Source: Patescibacteria group bacterium
GTDB taxonomy: Bacteria > Patescibacteriota > Minisyncoccia > Phycocordibacterales > UBA9973
Assembly (NCBI GenBank): GCA_040388575.1
Contig: JAZKBO010000001.1
Coordinates: 6,549 to 70,548, forward strand
Reading direction: 5' to 3'
Length of the DNA: 64,000 nucleotides
Positions 18,427-28,300 of this stretch are shown one piece after another. Position 1 is the first letter of the stretch. Each line of letters starts with the position of its first letter. The translations under genes and the position numbers were made by a program. The notes below the pieces were generated by a model. The model had not been told where the DNA came from. It worked only from the letters and a program-made list of their open reading frames with translations, and searched no databases.

Positions 18427-21400
18427 ATGACCGAAGAAAAAAAGAATTTATTAAAAGAAAAAGGGGCACTTCTGCAAAAGCAGGCTGAAATAAATGCCGA
18501 GTTAGAAAGGCGCGAAATGGCCAGAAATGTAGAGGTTGCCTCTGACGCCGTAAGTAAGGGAGATTATAAAAAACAAGTACAGGCAATGGAGGATGCTTGG
18601 GATACTCCTGATAATTTGCGCCCTGAAATTGAACAACAAAAACTAATGGGTGAAATAGAAGTCTTAGAAGCTGAACTAGAAGGAATAAAATCAAAAATTG
18701 AAGAAAATAAAAATACTGGTAAAACCAGGATAGATCAAATTCTTGCAAGAAAAAAGAAGAGAATAAAAGACGAATTAACCGAAAAAAGAAAAAAGCTTAA
18801 TCTGCTAGGGAAAGCGACCCCAATTAAAAAAGGTTCAGTAAGCGCGAGAGGATATGTAGCATTGTCTAAGAGGCAAGGTAAAAAGTGGCAAAAATTTGCG
18901 GATCAAAGACTTCAAAAAGATGCAGATAGTGCTTTTACAGAAATTGATAAAAAAACTGCTGCAGAAGAAATTAAAAAAACATTGCGAGGCACAGACATTA
19001 GGCTACGTAAAGCTGAGGCAGCCCCAGTTAACATGAGTACGGAAACAGCCGAAGAAACGAGTGGAAATACACCTGAACCTTTATTGACGGAAGAGGAATT
19101 ATTAAATAAGAAAAAGGAGGAAATTCTATCGATACCAAAAATAAAGAAGTTTATTGAAGACCAATCTGGACTCCTAAACTCTTCAAATCACCAAGATAGG
19201 ATGGCGGCAGAAAGAAAATTAAAAGAGATAATGGCTGACCCACTGGCAGCAATTAGGGGGGATTATGACTATTTTGAGGAGGAATTAGCTAAAAACCCTA
19301 ACTCAAAAATACTCAAAAATCGTTTGGGAGAAGCCCGTAAATTGATCGATCAGATCGATGTAATAAATAATAAATATGAACGCCAGGAAGACGAAAGTGA
19401 CTTTGCAAAAACTTTTAAGAACACTTTATTACAAAAAATAGATAACATTCCAGAGGGATCGCCAATTACTGAATCGGTACAGCCTACTGAAAAAGAAAAA
19501 AAAGATTTACTGGAAATTGATAAGGAGATAGCATCATTACCAGCAAAGAAAAAGATGGAACTCGGAAAAGGAATACTCTCTTTTGGTTTTCGAGTTGAGA
19601 AATGGAAAAATTCATTCTGGGCAAATCGTTTCAATAATTTAGAGAAAAAATTTGATGATAGGAGTGATCAAGGTGACACTGTGTATCGTGGAGGAGAAAA
19701 ATTCAATGAAACAGGCGGCACCATGTATCGCTGGACTAAGGCACTTCAAAATAATTTTGAAAAACAGAAAGAAAAAGCGCAAAAACAAATAGATGAAATT
19801 TATGCGGATAAGGCTGGCTTGAAGACTAAAGCCATGAGCCAAGCTAAACTAGCTGGAAATATTTTAAAATATGGCCGGACTTTGTATGATGTGGGGAAGT
19901 GGACAACAGGTGCGCCTTGGAGGTTTATTATGGCCGGCGGTATGGCTATCAGTGCCGGATCCAAAGCAGGCGTTGAGGCAAGATTTGAAAATAAAGATTT
20001 AATAGAACAAACTAGGGTTCAAGACCAGGCGGTTGCCTATGAAGAAGCTTGGGCTCTACACGGCAGCTTTGAAATAAATAAGTCGAAAGAAGAGCTGGAG
20101 GCTGCCTACTTAGCAGCCCTACCTAAGGAGATTAAAAAAAGATTGGAAAATCCAGAAGCAGCCGTAAATTGGGTTCAAGGGGCGTATAAAGTAAGAATAG
20201 GGTATGCACTTGGAAATTTGGATAAAAAAATAAAAAAAATAGAGGGTAATTCGAAATTAAATGATGAGACCAAAAAGGAAAGAGTTGCGACATTACTAAA
20301 AAGTTATGGGGAAGTTTTGCGGGACTTTGATCGAATGCTTACTCAAGCTGGTACTATCGACCAGTGGGTATTGGCAGGTAAAGCCGGACAAGTAGCAGGT
20401 AAAGCTGTAATGGCAAGCTCTATTATACGTTTAGTCTACGATAAAGTAGAACATTTATTTTCACACGGGGTAGCTTCAACTGTGGAGGCTCATCATCCGG
20501 GCGCACTCGGTAACCATGAAGCTAGAATAAGTGGAGTAGGTCATACCGTAGATACACAACCTTCGGCGGCTGATGCAGCGGGAGGAGCCCCGCATGCCGA
20601 AGTGAGTGGAGCCATGAAAAGCGTAGAAATAAAATTTGATCACGGTAAGGGTGGCATCCAAGGAATTGTGGACCTCAAGCACCAGATTGTAGAAAAATAT
20701 GGAAGTATAGAAAAATCTCCGGCAGAGCTTCAGGAATTCTTGAAAGGCAGTTCCACTAAACAAGCAATGGAATTTGGGCTTTTTGATCCTAACCACGCCA
20801 ACGAGAGCGCACTTATCCATGAAGGCTCAACTTTGAAATTTGAAAATGGCCATTTAGTATTTCATGATGCAAAAACTGGTATAGATGTCACTAAATATGA
20901 AACAAAAATGGGAATGCTTGATTCCGACCACAGTGGTCAAGCTCCTGCGGTGGAGCATGCGGAAGCAAATCCCGTAGAGCACCCTGAAGCAGGCAGGTTT
21001 GAACACGCGACTAAAGGAATTAGATTTGATGCGGAGCATATTAAGGCCGGCATAGAATCCAAAATGGATGCGGCCACGCAGAGTATGCCCGGACACAGCG
21101 CAGCGGAGTCAGCTATGAATGCCAAGGAGTCAGCGCTGCGGGAAGTGATGGAGAATAGTGGTTATTCCAGTGTTTCCAAAGGAGTAGCAATTAATGAATA
21201 TAATTTATCTAAACTTTTCCCCAATAATTCATTGAATATGTGGGAAGCAGCTTCCAAGCAACTGCGCGCAATTGATATACTAAAAAACCCTACAATCGGA
21301 GTAAGTGAATTTAATAAACATACTCTTTATGGAAATATTTTCCATTACTTACAAAAAGTGCAAGAAGTGACTGGCCTTAAACCGAAGGGTGCAAGCATAT

Positions 21401-21501
21401 TCCACTGGAAGAGTGAAAGTGTGGCAAGTTATGCAGAAAGATGTCTAAAATTCATCGAAGAAAAGCATCCAGAAAGGCTTAAAGATCTAATTTTAAAATA
21501 A
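18427..21501 (+). CDS. Large hypothetical helical protein
   Basis: 1024-aa ORF, coiled-coil N-terminal half, His/Ala-rich C-terminal region; no recognised domain. Confidence 0.75.
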   Translation: MTEEKKNLLKEKGALLQKQAEINAELERREMARNVEVASDAVSKGDYKKQVQAMEDAWDTPDNLRPEIEQQKLMGEIEVLEAELEGIKSKIEENKNTGKTRIDQILARKKKRIKDELTEKRKKLNLLGKATPIKKGSVSARGYVALSKRQGKKWQKFADQRLQKDADSAFTEIDKKTAAEEIKKTLRGTDIRLRKAEAAPVNMSTETAEETSGNTPEPLLTEEELLNKKKEEILSIPKIKKFIEDQSGLLNSSNHQDRMAAERKLKEIMADPLAAIRGDYDYFEEELAKNPNSKILKNRLGEARKLIDQIDVINNKYERQEDESDFAKTFKNTLLQKIDNIPEGSPITESVQPTEKEKKDLLEIDKEIASLPAKKKMELGKGILSFGFRVEKWKNSFWANRFNNLEKKFDDRSDQGDTVYRGGEKFNETGGTMYRWTKALQNNFEKQKEKAQKQIDEIYADKAGLKTKAMSQAKLAGNILKYGRTLYDVGKWTTGAPWRFIMAGGMAISAGSKAGVEARFENKDLIEQTRVQDQAVAYEEAWALHGSFEINKSKEELEAAYLAALPKEIKKRLENPEAAVNWVQGAYKVRIGYALGNLDKKIKKIEGNSKLNDETKKERVATLLKSYGEVLRDFDRMLTQAGTIDQWVLAGKAGQVAGKAVMASSIIRLVYDKVEHLFSHGVASTVEAHHPGALGNHEARISGVGHTVDTQPSAADAAGGAPHAEVSGAMKSVEIKFDHGKGGIQGIVDLKHQIVEKYGSIEKSPAELQEFLKGSSTKQAMEFGLFDPNHANESALIHEGSTLKFENGHLVFHDAKTGIDVTKYETKMGMLDSDHSGQAPAVEHAEANPVEHPEAGRFEHATKGIRFDAEHIKAGIESKMDAATQSMPGHSAAESAMNAKESALREVMENSGYSSVSKGVAINEYNLSKLFPNNSLNMWEAASKQLRAIDILKNPTIGVSEFNKHTLYGNIFHYLQKVQEVTGLKPKGASIFHWKSESVASYAERCLKFIEEKHPERLKDLILK

Positions 21502-21531
21502 TTGCGATAAAAGTTGTGCTATATTGGACAG

Positions 21532-23559
21532 GTGAGTACAGATATTCCGCATTTATTGGGTCTAAATAAAGAACAGAGGGAGGCGGCACTTCATATGAAG
21601 GGGCCGATTTTGATAGTGGCTGGCGCTGGGGCGGGTAAAACAAAGACTATCACTCATAGAATAGTGAATTTGATCAAGGAAGGCGTGGCGCCAGAGCAAA
21701 TCTTGGCAGTAACCTTTACTAATAAGGCTGCTAAAGAAATGCGGGAGCGGATAATACAAGCACTGGAAGATAACTTCGCCGGTGATCCTTTTACTCAGGT
21801 CCTCGGATCTCCGGGTCCCTATCCCGGCCAGACCGTTCCTAAAAGCATCACCGGCTTCGTAAAAAGCCAACCTTTTGTCAGCACTTTTCACTCTCTGGGG
21901 GTGCATATAATCAAGGAAAATGCAGGGTTATTGGGCTTAACCAAGTATTTTACGATTTTGGACGAGTCGGATTCAATTTCCATAATAAAAGAGGCTCAAA
22001 AGGAGCTCGGCATAGATCCGAAACAGTATGAACCCAAGAAAATAAAGGGTATTATCAGCCGGGAAAAGGGTAAATTCACCAATTTGGCGGATTATAGTGA
22101 GCGAGCAGGCGATTACATGGGTAAAATTGTGGCTCAGGTGTGGAATTTATATGAAAAGAAAAAAGCGCAAGAAAACAGCCTCGACTTTGATGATTTAATA
22201 TTAAAATCTACTAAATTACTGAAAGATGATGTAGAGGTGCGACAAATGTATCAGGATAGGTGGCAATATATCCACATAGATGAGTATCAGGATACAAATG
22301 AGGTGCAATATTTGATGTCCCGGCTCTTGTCAGAAAAATACAAAAACATCTGCGTGGTGGGGGATGCAGATCAAAATATTTATTCCTGGCGCGGGGCAAA
22401 TTTGAAAAATATTTTAAGCTTTGAGAAGGATTATCCGAATGCCAAGATTGTACTATTGGAGGAAAATTACCGCTCCACTCAAAACATATTGGAGGCGGCT
22501 AATGAAGTAATCAAAAAAAATAAGTATCGCCCTGATAAAAATTTATTTACTAAAAATTTAGTGGGAGATAAAATTTCCATCTATGAAGCATTGGATGAAA
22601 CTGATGAAGCCGAATTCGTAGCAACAAAACTTTTGGAAATTGCCGACGTAGTCGAGAAAAAAGGCTTCGCTTTGAGTGAAATTGCAGTTTTGTATCGTGC
22701 GAATTTTCAATCACGCGCGCTGGAAGAAGCGATGCTGCGATACAATATTCCATATCAGGTGCTGGGTGTTAAATTTTTCGAAAGAAAAGAAATTAAAGAC
22801 ACGTTGGCATATCTGCGCGCAGCATTAAATCCGGAGAGCTTGTCCGACATAAAAAGAATAATAAACTTTCCAACTAGGGGAATTGGTAAGACCACTATTG
22901 CTAAGATTTTTTCTAACGATATGGAAAGTCTACCGATAAAAATGAGGCTGAAAATTAATAATTTCTATAATTTATTAACTGAAATAAAAGAAAAAATTGA
23001 GGTACTACCTGCGAGCCAAGTGATAAAATTTGTAGTTAAACGCTCCGGAATTGAGGATGAATTAAGTGCTGGGGACGAGGAAGAAAAGGAAAGATTGGAG
23101 AACATAAAAGAGCTTGCAACCTTGGCACTCAAATATGAAAATTTGCCAAATAGTGCTGGAATTGAAAGGCTTTTAGAGGATGCGGCCCTAGCCTCTGACC
23201 AGGATTCCTTGATCGAGCGCGGTGAAAAAAAGGAAGTAAAAGATGCGGTTAAACTAATGACGGTGCATGCATCTAAGGGGCTAGAATTTAAAAATGTTTT
23301 TATCACTGGCCTGGAAGATGGGCTCTTCCCGCATTCGAAGAACGGTGAAATAAAAAATGCTGAAGACAGCGAGGAGGAGCGCAGATTATTCTATGTAGCG
23401 CTCACTCGAGCAAAAGAAAAATTATATTTATCCTTTGCAAACTTCCGCACAATATTCGGCTCACGCTCGATTAACGCGCCGTCAGAATTTCTAGGCGACA
23501 TCCCTGCAGACTTACTAGAAAAAGAAGGCGAACAGAAAATTAAAACCATCTACATCTAG
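21532..23559 (+). CDS. pcrA: ATP-dependent DNA helicase PcrA/UvrD (contains in-frame palindromic insert)
   Basis: AGAGAGKT, TFTNKAA, DEYQD, VGDADQ.IY.WRGA, HASKGLEF, EERRLFYVALTRA; likely GTG start at 21532 just after the -10 box. Confidence 0.95.
   Translation: MSTDIPHLLGLNKEQREAALHMKGPILIVAGAGAGKTKTITHRIVNLIKEGVAPEQILAVTFTNKAAKEMRERIIQALEDNFAGDPFTQVLGSPGPYPGQTVPKSITGFVKSQPFVSTFHSLGVHIIKENAGLLGLTKYFTILDESDSISIIKEAQKELGIDPKQYEPKKIKGIISREKGKFTNLADYSERAGDYMGKIVAQVWNLYEKKKAQENSLDFDDLILKSTKLLKDDVEVRQMYQDRWQYIHIDEYQDTNEVQYLMSRLLSEKYKNICVVGDADQNIYSWRGANLKNILSFEKDYPNAKIVLLEENYRSTQNILEAANEVIKKNKYRPDKNLFTKNLVGDKISIYEALDETDEAEFVATKLLEIADVVEKKGFALSEIAVLYRANFQSRALEEAMLRYNIPYQVLGVKFFERKEIKDTLAYLRAALNPESLSDIKRIINFPTRGIGKTTIAKIFSNDMESLPIKMRLKINNFYNLLTEIKEKIEVLPASQVIKFVVKRSGIEDELSAGDEEEKERLENIKELATLALKYENLPNSAGIERLLEDAALASDQDSLIERGEKKEVKDAVKLMTVHASKGLEFKNVFITGLEDGLFPHSKNGEIKNAEDSEEERRLFYVALTRAKEKLYLSFANFRTIFGSRSINAPSEFLGDIPADLLEKEGEQKIKTIYI
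21778..21855 (+). repeat. Intragenic palindromic element, copy 1 (in pcrA)
   Basis: Arms GCCGGTGATCCTTTT / AAAAGCATCACCGGC around core TCAGGTCCTCGGATCTCCGGG-TCCCTAT-CCCGGCCAGACCGTTC; encodes AGDPFTQVLGSPGPYPGQTVPKSITG. Confidence 0.92.
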
Positions 23560-23564
23560 AATAT

Positions 23565-24338
23565 ATGATGCAACAATACAGAGCAAAAAAATCATTGGGT
23601 CAAAATTTTCTAAAGTCCGAGCCAGCACTGCGGAAAATAATTGAAGCGGGTGAAATTAACACGGACGATGTAATTTTAGAAATTGGGCCGGGGAAGGGGG
23701 CGCTGACAGGGAAGCTTCTAGAAAAAGCTGGGCAAGTTATTGCAGTAGAAAAAGATCGAGAGCTTTTTGAATTTTTAAAGGAAAAGTTTAAAGAGCAAAT
23801 AGCTTCTGGAGCGCTAGTTCTAGAAAACAGCGACATTTTGGAATATAGAATTAAAAATTTAGAAATTCCTTCATATAAAATCATTGCAAACATCCCATAC
23901 AACATTACCGGAGCGATTTTAAAGAAATTTCTTACCGAAAGTCATCAACCTGAGAGGATGGTGCTTCTTGTCCAACATGAAGTTGCACAAAGGATAGTGG
24001 CTCGAGATGGGAAGGAGAGCATCCTTTCGATTTCCGTAAAGGCCTACGGAGAACCGAAGTTGGTTACAAAGGTACCGGCACGGTATTTTTCACCCGCTCC
24101 TAAAGTAGACTCAGCAGTGATCAGTATAAAAAATATTTCACGAAAAGCTTTTATCCAAGGTAAGGTAGATGAAGGGAAATTTTGGCAAATTGTCAAAGCA
24201 GGCTTTGCTCATAAGCGTAAAAAGCTCTCAGGAAACTTAAAAAATCTAATTTCCGCTCAAAATTTGGAAGAATTTAAAGACAAAAGAGCTGAAAATTTAA
24301 AGCTTTCTGAGTGGTTGGCACTCTCATCCAGTTATTAA
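23565..24338 (+). CDS. rsmA: 16S rRNA m6,2A dimethyltransferase
   Basis: KSLGQNFL, EIGPGKG, ANIPYNIT, F.PAPKVDS. Confidence 0.95.
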   Translation: MMQQYRAKKSLGQNFLKSEPALRKIIEAGEINTDDVILEIGPGKGALTGKLLEKAGQVIAVEKDRELFEFLKEKFKEQIASGALVLENSDILEYRIKNLEIPSYKIIANIPYNITGAILKKFLTESHQPERMVLLVQHEVAQRIVARDGKESILSISVKAYGEPKLVTKVPARYFSPAPKVDSAVISIKNISRKAFIQGKVDEGKFWQIVKAGFAHKRKKLSGNLKNLISAQNLEEFKDKRAENLKLSEWLALSSSY

Positions 24339-24423
24339 GGTGGTTTCAGAGCTTGCATGCTCAAAAAAGTGATATAATAAAAGGATAATCAAGTTAAATT
24401 GGTTAAAAAATAAAAGGGCGCTT

Positions 24424-25320
24424 TTGATCGTGGCCGCGGTGGTTTTTCTTATCGTAATTTTTTCTATAAAAGGGCGCTCGGTATTTAATAATAACTCTTC
24501 CGATACAGGACTTTCAGATGGACTTAAGTACGACAGCTCTATCGTGGAAAATTTGGTGAGTAAAGATAGCGATAAAGATGGTGTACCAGACTGGGAGGAG
24601 GGTTTATGGGGCACAAATCCTAATAACAAGGACAGTAATGGTGATGGAGTGACCGATGATAAAGAAATTGCCAAGTTAAAAGCAGAATTAAAACAAAATA
24701 CGGATGGTTTAGTGGAGGATCCTAATTCAACGGGAGCTAGTCTAACTCAAACAGATAAATTCTCACAAGAATTGCTAACAACTTTGGCTGCAATAAATCA
24801 AACTGGTGACATGGACCCCGCTACAGCTCAAAAGTTGGGGGAAACTTTAGCAACACAGATAGAAAATTCGGCACCAAAGAAGGTTTACGGTGCGGGCGAT
24901 ATTAAAATAACAAAAGATGATAGTGCCGCAGCTATCCAAAAATATAACGAGGCTTTGGATAGCATTACTAGAAAATATCCAGCCAGCGGGAGCGCCATGG
25001 ATGTACTGCAGAAGTTCGCTGCCGATCAAAACAACGAGGATACAACAGTACTCTCGGAACTTGACCCGATAGTTACCCAAACAAATCAAATTATTGCTGG
25101 AATAGTTAAAACGAGCGTACCGCAATCATTAGCATCACTGCACTTAGCTTTTATAAATAGCTTGGAGAAGGTGTCGGAGAATCTAAATGACATCCAGCTT
25201 TACAATACGGATGCTGTCGTAGCCTTGGCAGCTATTAGTCAGTACGAGCAAAATACTGCAGATCTACAGGCGGCAGTGGACAACCTATCGAGTACCATTA
25301 ATCAGAAGTTGAGTAGCTAA
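24424..25320 (+). CDS. Membrane-anchored protein with Ca-binding DxDxDG (TSP3-like) repeats; start may be upstream at 24385
   Basis: DSDKDGVPDWEE, DSNGDGVTDDKE; N-terminal TM. Confidence 0.75.
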   Translation: MIVAAVVFLIVIFSIKGRSVFNNNSSDTGLSDGLKYDSSIVENLVSKDSDKDGVPDWEEGLWGTNPNNKDSNGDGVTDDKEIAKLKAELKQNTDGLVEDPNSTGASLTQTDKFSQELLTTLAAINQTGDMDPATAQKLGETLATQIENSAPKKVYGAGDIKITKDDSAAAIQKYNEALDSITRKYPASGSAMDVLQKFAADQNNEDTTVLSELDPIVTQTNQIIAGIVKTSVPQSLASLHLAFINSLEKVSENLNDIQLYNTDAVVALAAISQYEQNTADLQAAVDNLSSTINQKLSS

Positions 25321-25345
25321 AAAGGCTTATAGATAAAGGATAAAA

Positions 25346-28300
25346 ATGAACTTTAAGAATCCACGAATTCAAAAGCTAACTTCCGCCCTCTTGGTTATTG
25401 CCGTTCTCGTTCCAGTATTATTATTTTTTTCAGCGCCTAAAAAAGTGGAGGCTCAAGGCTCTGGCTGGCCTCAATTTGTTCAGCTTGTTCTCATTGGAGG
25501 CAGTACGGGAAAATCACAGGTCACAGGGACAGCTTCGTTGGCTATCCAAATAAGACAGCAAGCCAAATTAGTGCTGGCTGAAGTATTGAAAGGCATCGCT
25601 CGCAGGCTTCTACAACAGATGACCAAGAGTACCATCAACTGGATCAATTCCGGTTTCCACGGCGCGCCGCTTTTCGTAGAAAATCCAAAATCATTTTTTG
25701 GTGATATTGAAAAGTATGAGGTAAGGAATTTCGTGGATCAGATCGGCTACGACTCCCTGCGGTTTCCATTCGGCAAAACTACCGCTTTAAATATCATTAA
25801 TACGTTCCGCCGCAGCCCAACCGCAGGATTAGAATACACTTTAAGTAACGTAATAAACGATCCGGTTTATCTAGAAAATTATAGAAATAATTTCAATGTC
25901 GGCGGCTGGAATGGCTTCCTAATAAATACCCAGTATCCGCAAAATAATGCAATTGGCTTCCGATTACTTGCAACTGAAGAAATATCTAAGAGGTTAGATA
26001 TAAATGACATCCACACAAATGCGGGGCAGATACAAAACACTCTCAATCAAGGACTTGGATTCCTCTCACCGCAAACCTGTCCATCTAATCCAAAATATAA
26101 TAATTTACAGAATCAATTTAATCAGCCAACATTTAAGTCTACAACTCCTTGGAATCCACCTCCAGAAATTAGCGACCAATGGAGCCCAGATGAGTACCCC
26201 GCTATACTCCAGCATTATACAGATACTTACAATCAAACAGTTGCAAATGAACGTGCAGACTGGCTTAGAAGTACAGGTTGCCCAGGCGGCTTGGTTAATA
26301 CTACCCCAGGATCTGCAGTAGGCGCAGCGCTCAATAAAGCCCTCGGCGGAAGCCAGGATCAAACCACGCTTGCAGCGGCAATGGGTAATAGTGTTTCCCA
26401 GATTGTGGACAGCCTCCTAAATCATTTCTTGCAGAAAGGCTTAAATGCACTCTCAAGCACAGTTAATCCACCCAAGCCCGTGGATGATTGGAGTTACGAC
26501 GGCCAGTCCCTCGGTACAGACATACCATCTAACAGTAGTGCTTGGGATGCGGGCCCAGATGAACTCGTGGTACTTGCTGACTTTAAACAAGGAGTAGTCG
26601 ACGGTATAAAAAATACTCAGGAGGAAATTGGCTTGATGGATAATAGAAATCCAAAAAATCCTGGCATCATTCAGGAAATAAACTTGATCTGGCCGCAAAT
26701 CAGGCAGCTCGACCAGTGTATTCCGGGTCCGGATGTAAAATGGGGAGATCGTTTGCAAACTGAGTGGGAAAGAAATGACCAAAAGTTCCAAGAGAAGGCA
26801 AGTGATCAAAATGGCGAAAAGGCTGCGCTGGCTAGAATCGCAAGCCAGGAATTGCAATATGCTGTCAAATCTTTTGAGGATTGGATAAAAAATAAAATGA
26901 TCCTCGCATTACCTGACTCCGTCAACTACATTGATGCAGTAGATGGTGCACTTGATCCGCTGAACAATCAGTCGAATGATTTATTGAATAGTAAAAGGGT
27001 CAGAATCCAATCATTAGCAAGATTGCAGTCCATTCAAGCAAATTTAAATCGCTTTACGACCGATCCTGCACCGAACTCAGGCGCAGCACAAGCCTTAATA
27101 AATCTATACAAGCAATACAAAGCAGTTCGACCAACAATATCGAGTAGTGAGAGTATCGAAGACTCCCGAAATGAACTCAACATGTTGAAAGAGCAATTGG
27201 TTAGTACGATAGATATGACCAAGCAATGTAAAACTGAAAGAACCCAGAACGGCTGGGGGCCAATAGACACGTCAGGCAAGGGCGGGGCCAGGGCTCCAGG
27301 CTCACAATCAGGACCATCTTCTACCCCATCCATATTCGGGGGGTCATCAGCACCATCGAGATCAACTGAAAAAGGATATTTCTGTGATAGCCCGATAGTG
27401 GGTGGATTTTCGCACGGCGAAGCCACTGTTACTTCTGGGGCTTTTGGTTTTAACAGCACTAATGATGAAGTGTTATTTAAACAACGAACTACTCCGCCTG
27501 CATATGGTAATGAGTTGCCGATGGTAAACGCTAGCAACGTTCCTTATAGCTGGGGAATTTTAGGGGACAAGAGGACTAATGTTGAGGTCAACTGCAAAAT
27601 ATTATTCAAGGCCAGTGTGCTCGATTACAAAGGAAGCATTAATGGGCTGACCACCATAAGTGATAATGGTGGAGGTGGTGCAGGATCAGGCTCTGGTGGT
27701 ACATGTGTTGATACAGGTCCGGCAACTCCACCAAAAATTGCGGCACCTACTAGTGTCTGGAATCCACCACCACAAACTATGGTGCCGGGGACCATCCATC
27801 CAGAAGCTTTGGTCAACAACGGCTGGTGGCCTCACTTATCACCAGATGGAAAATTCGTAGCCTATGGCAACTTCGGCGGCAGTTGGGTAAGCAACCTTTT
27901 AACTAAAAAAACTTACGACCTTACAAACCCGCCTGGTTTGCCGGCGGGGGGACGATGTTACAGTGGTTTTTGGTTACAAGATAGCAGCGTGATTTCAGAG
28001 TGGTGTGAAATCCCAGGAGGGGATTACTACAATCGATACATATGGACATACAATACTAGCCAGGACACTTGGACATCAACACCAACTGGCGAGAATCCTA
28101 ACCTTGTGGCAGGAAATTATTTCGGGGCAGATAAGGGCCACTGGTTCTCAGAATTGGCAGGCAAGAGAATAGTACTAGACGGCAAAGTCCTAGCGACTAC
28201 TCCACCTCCAGGCACAACCTCTGACCCTAACGACGTAGCTGGTTCGGCAATGGTCGGAACATCTATCTCTCAAGATGGTGATACCATCGTTCATGCTTGT

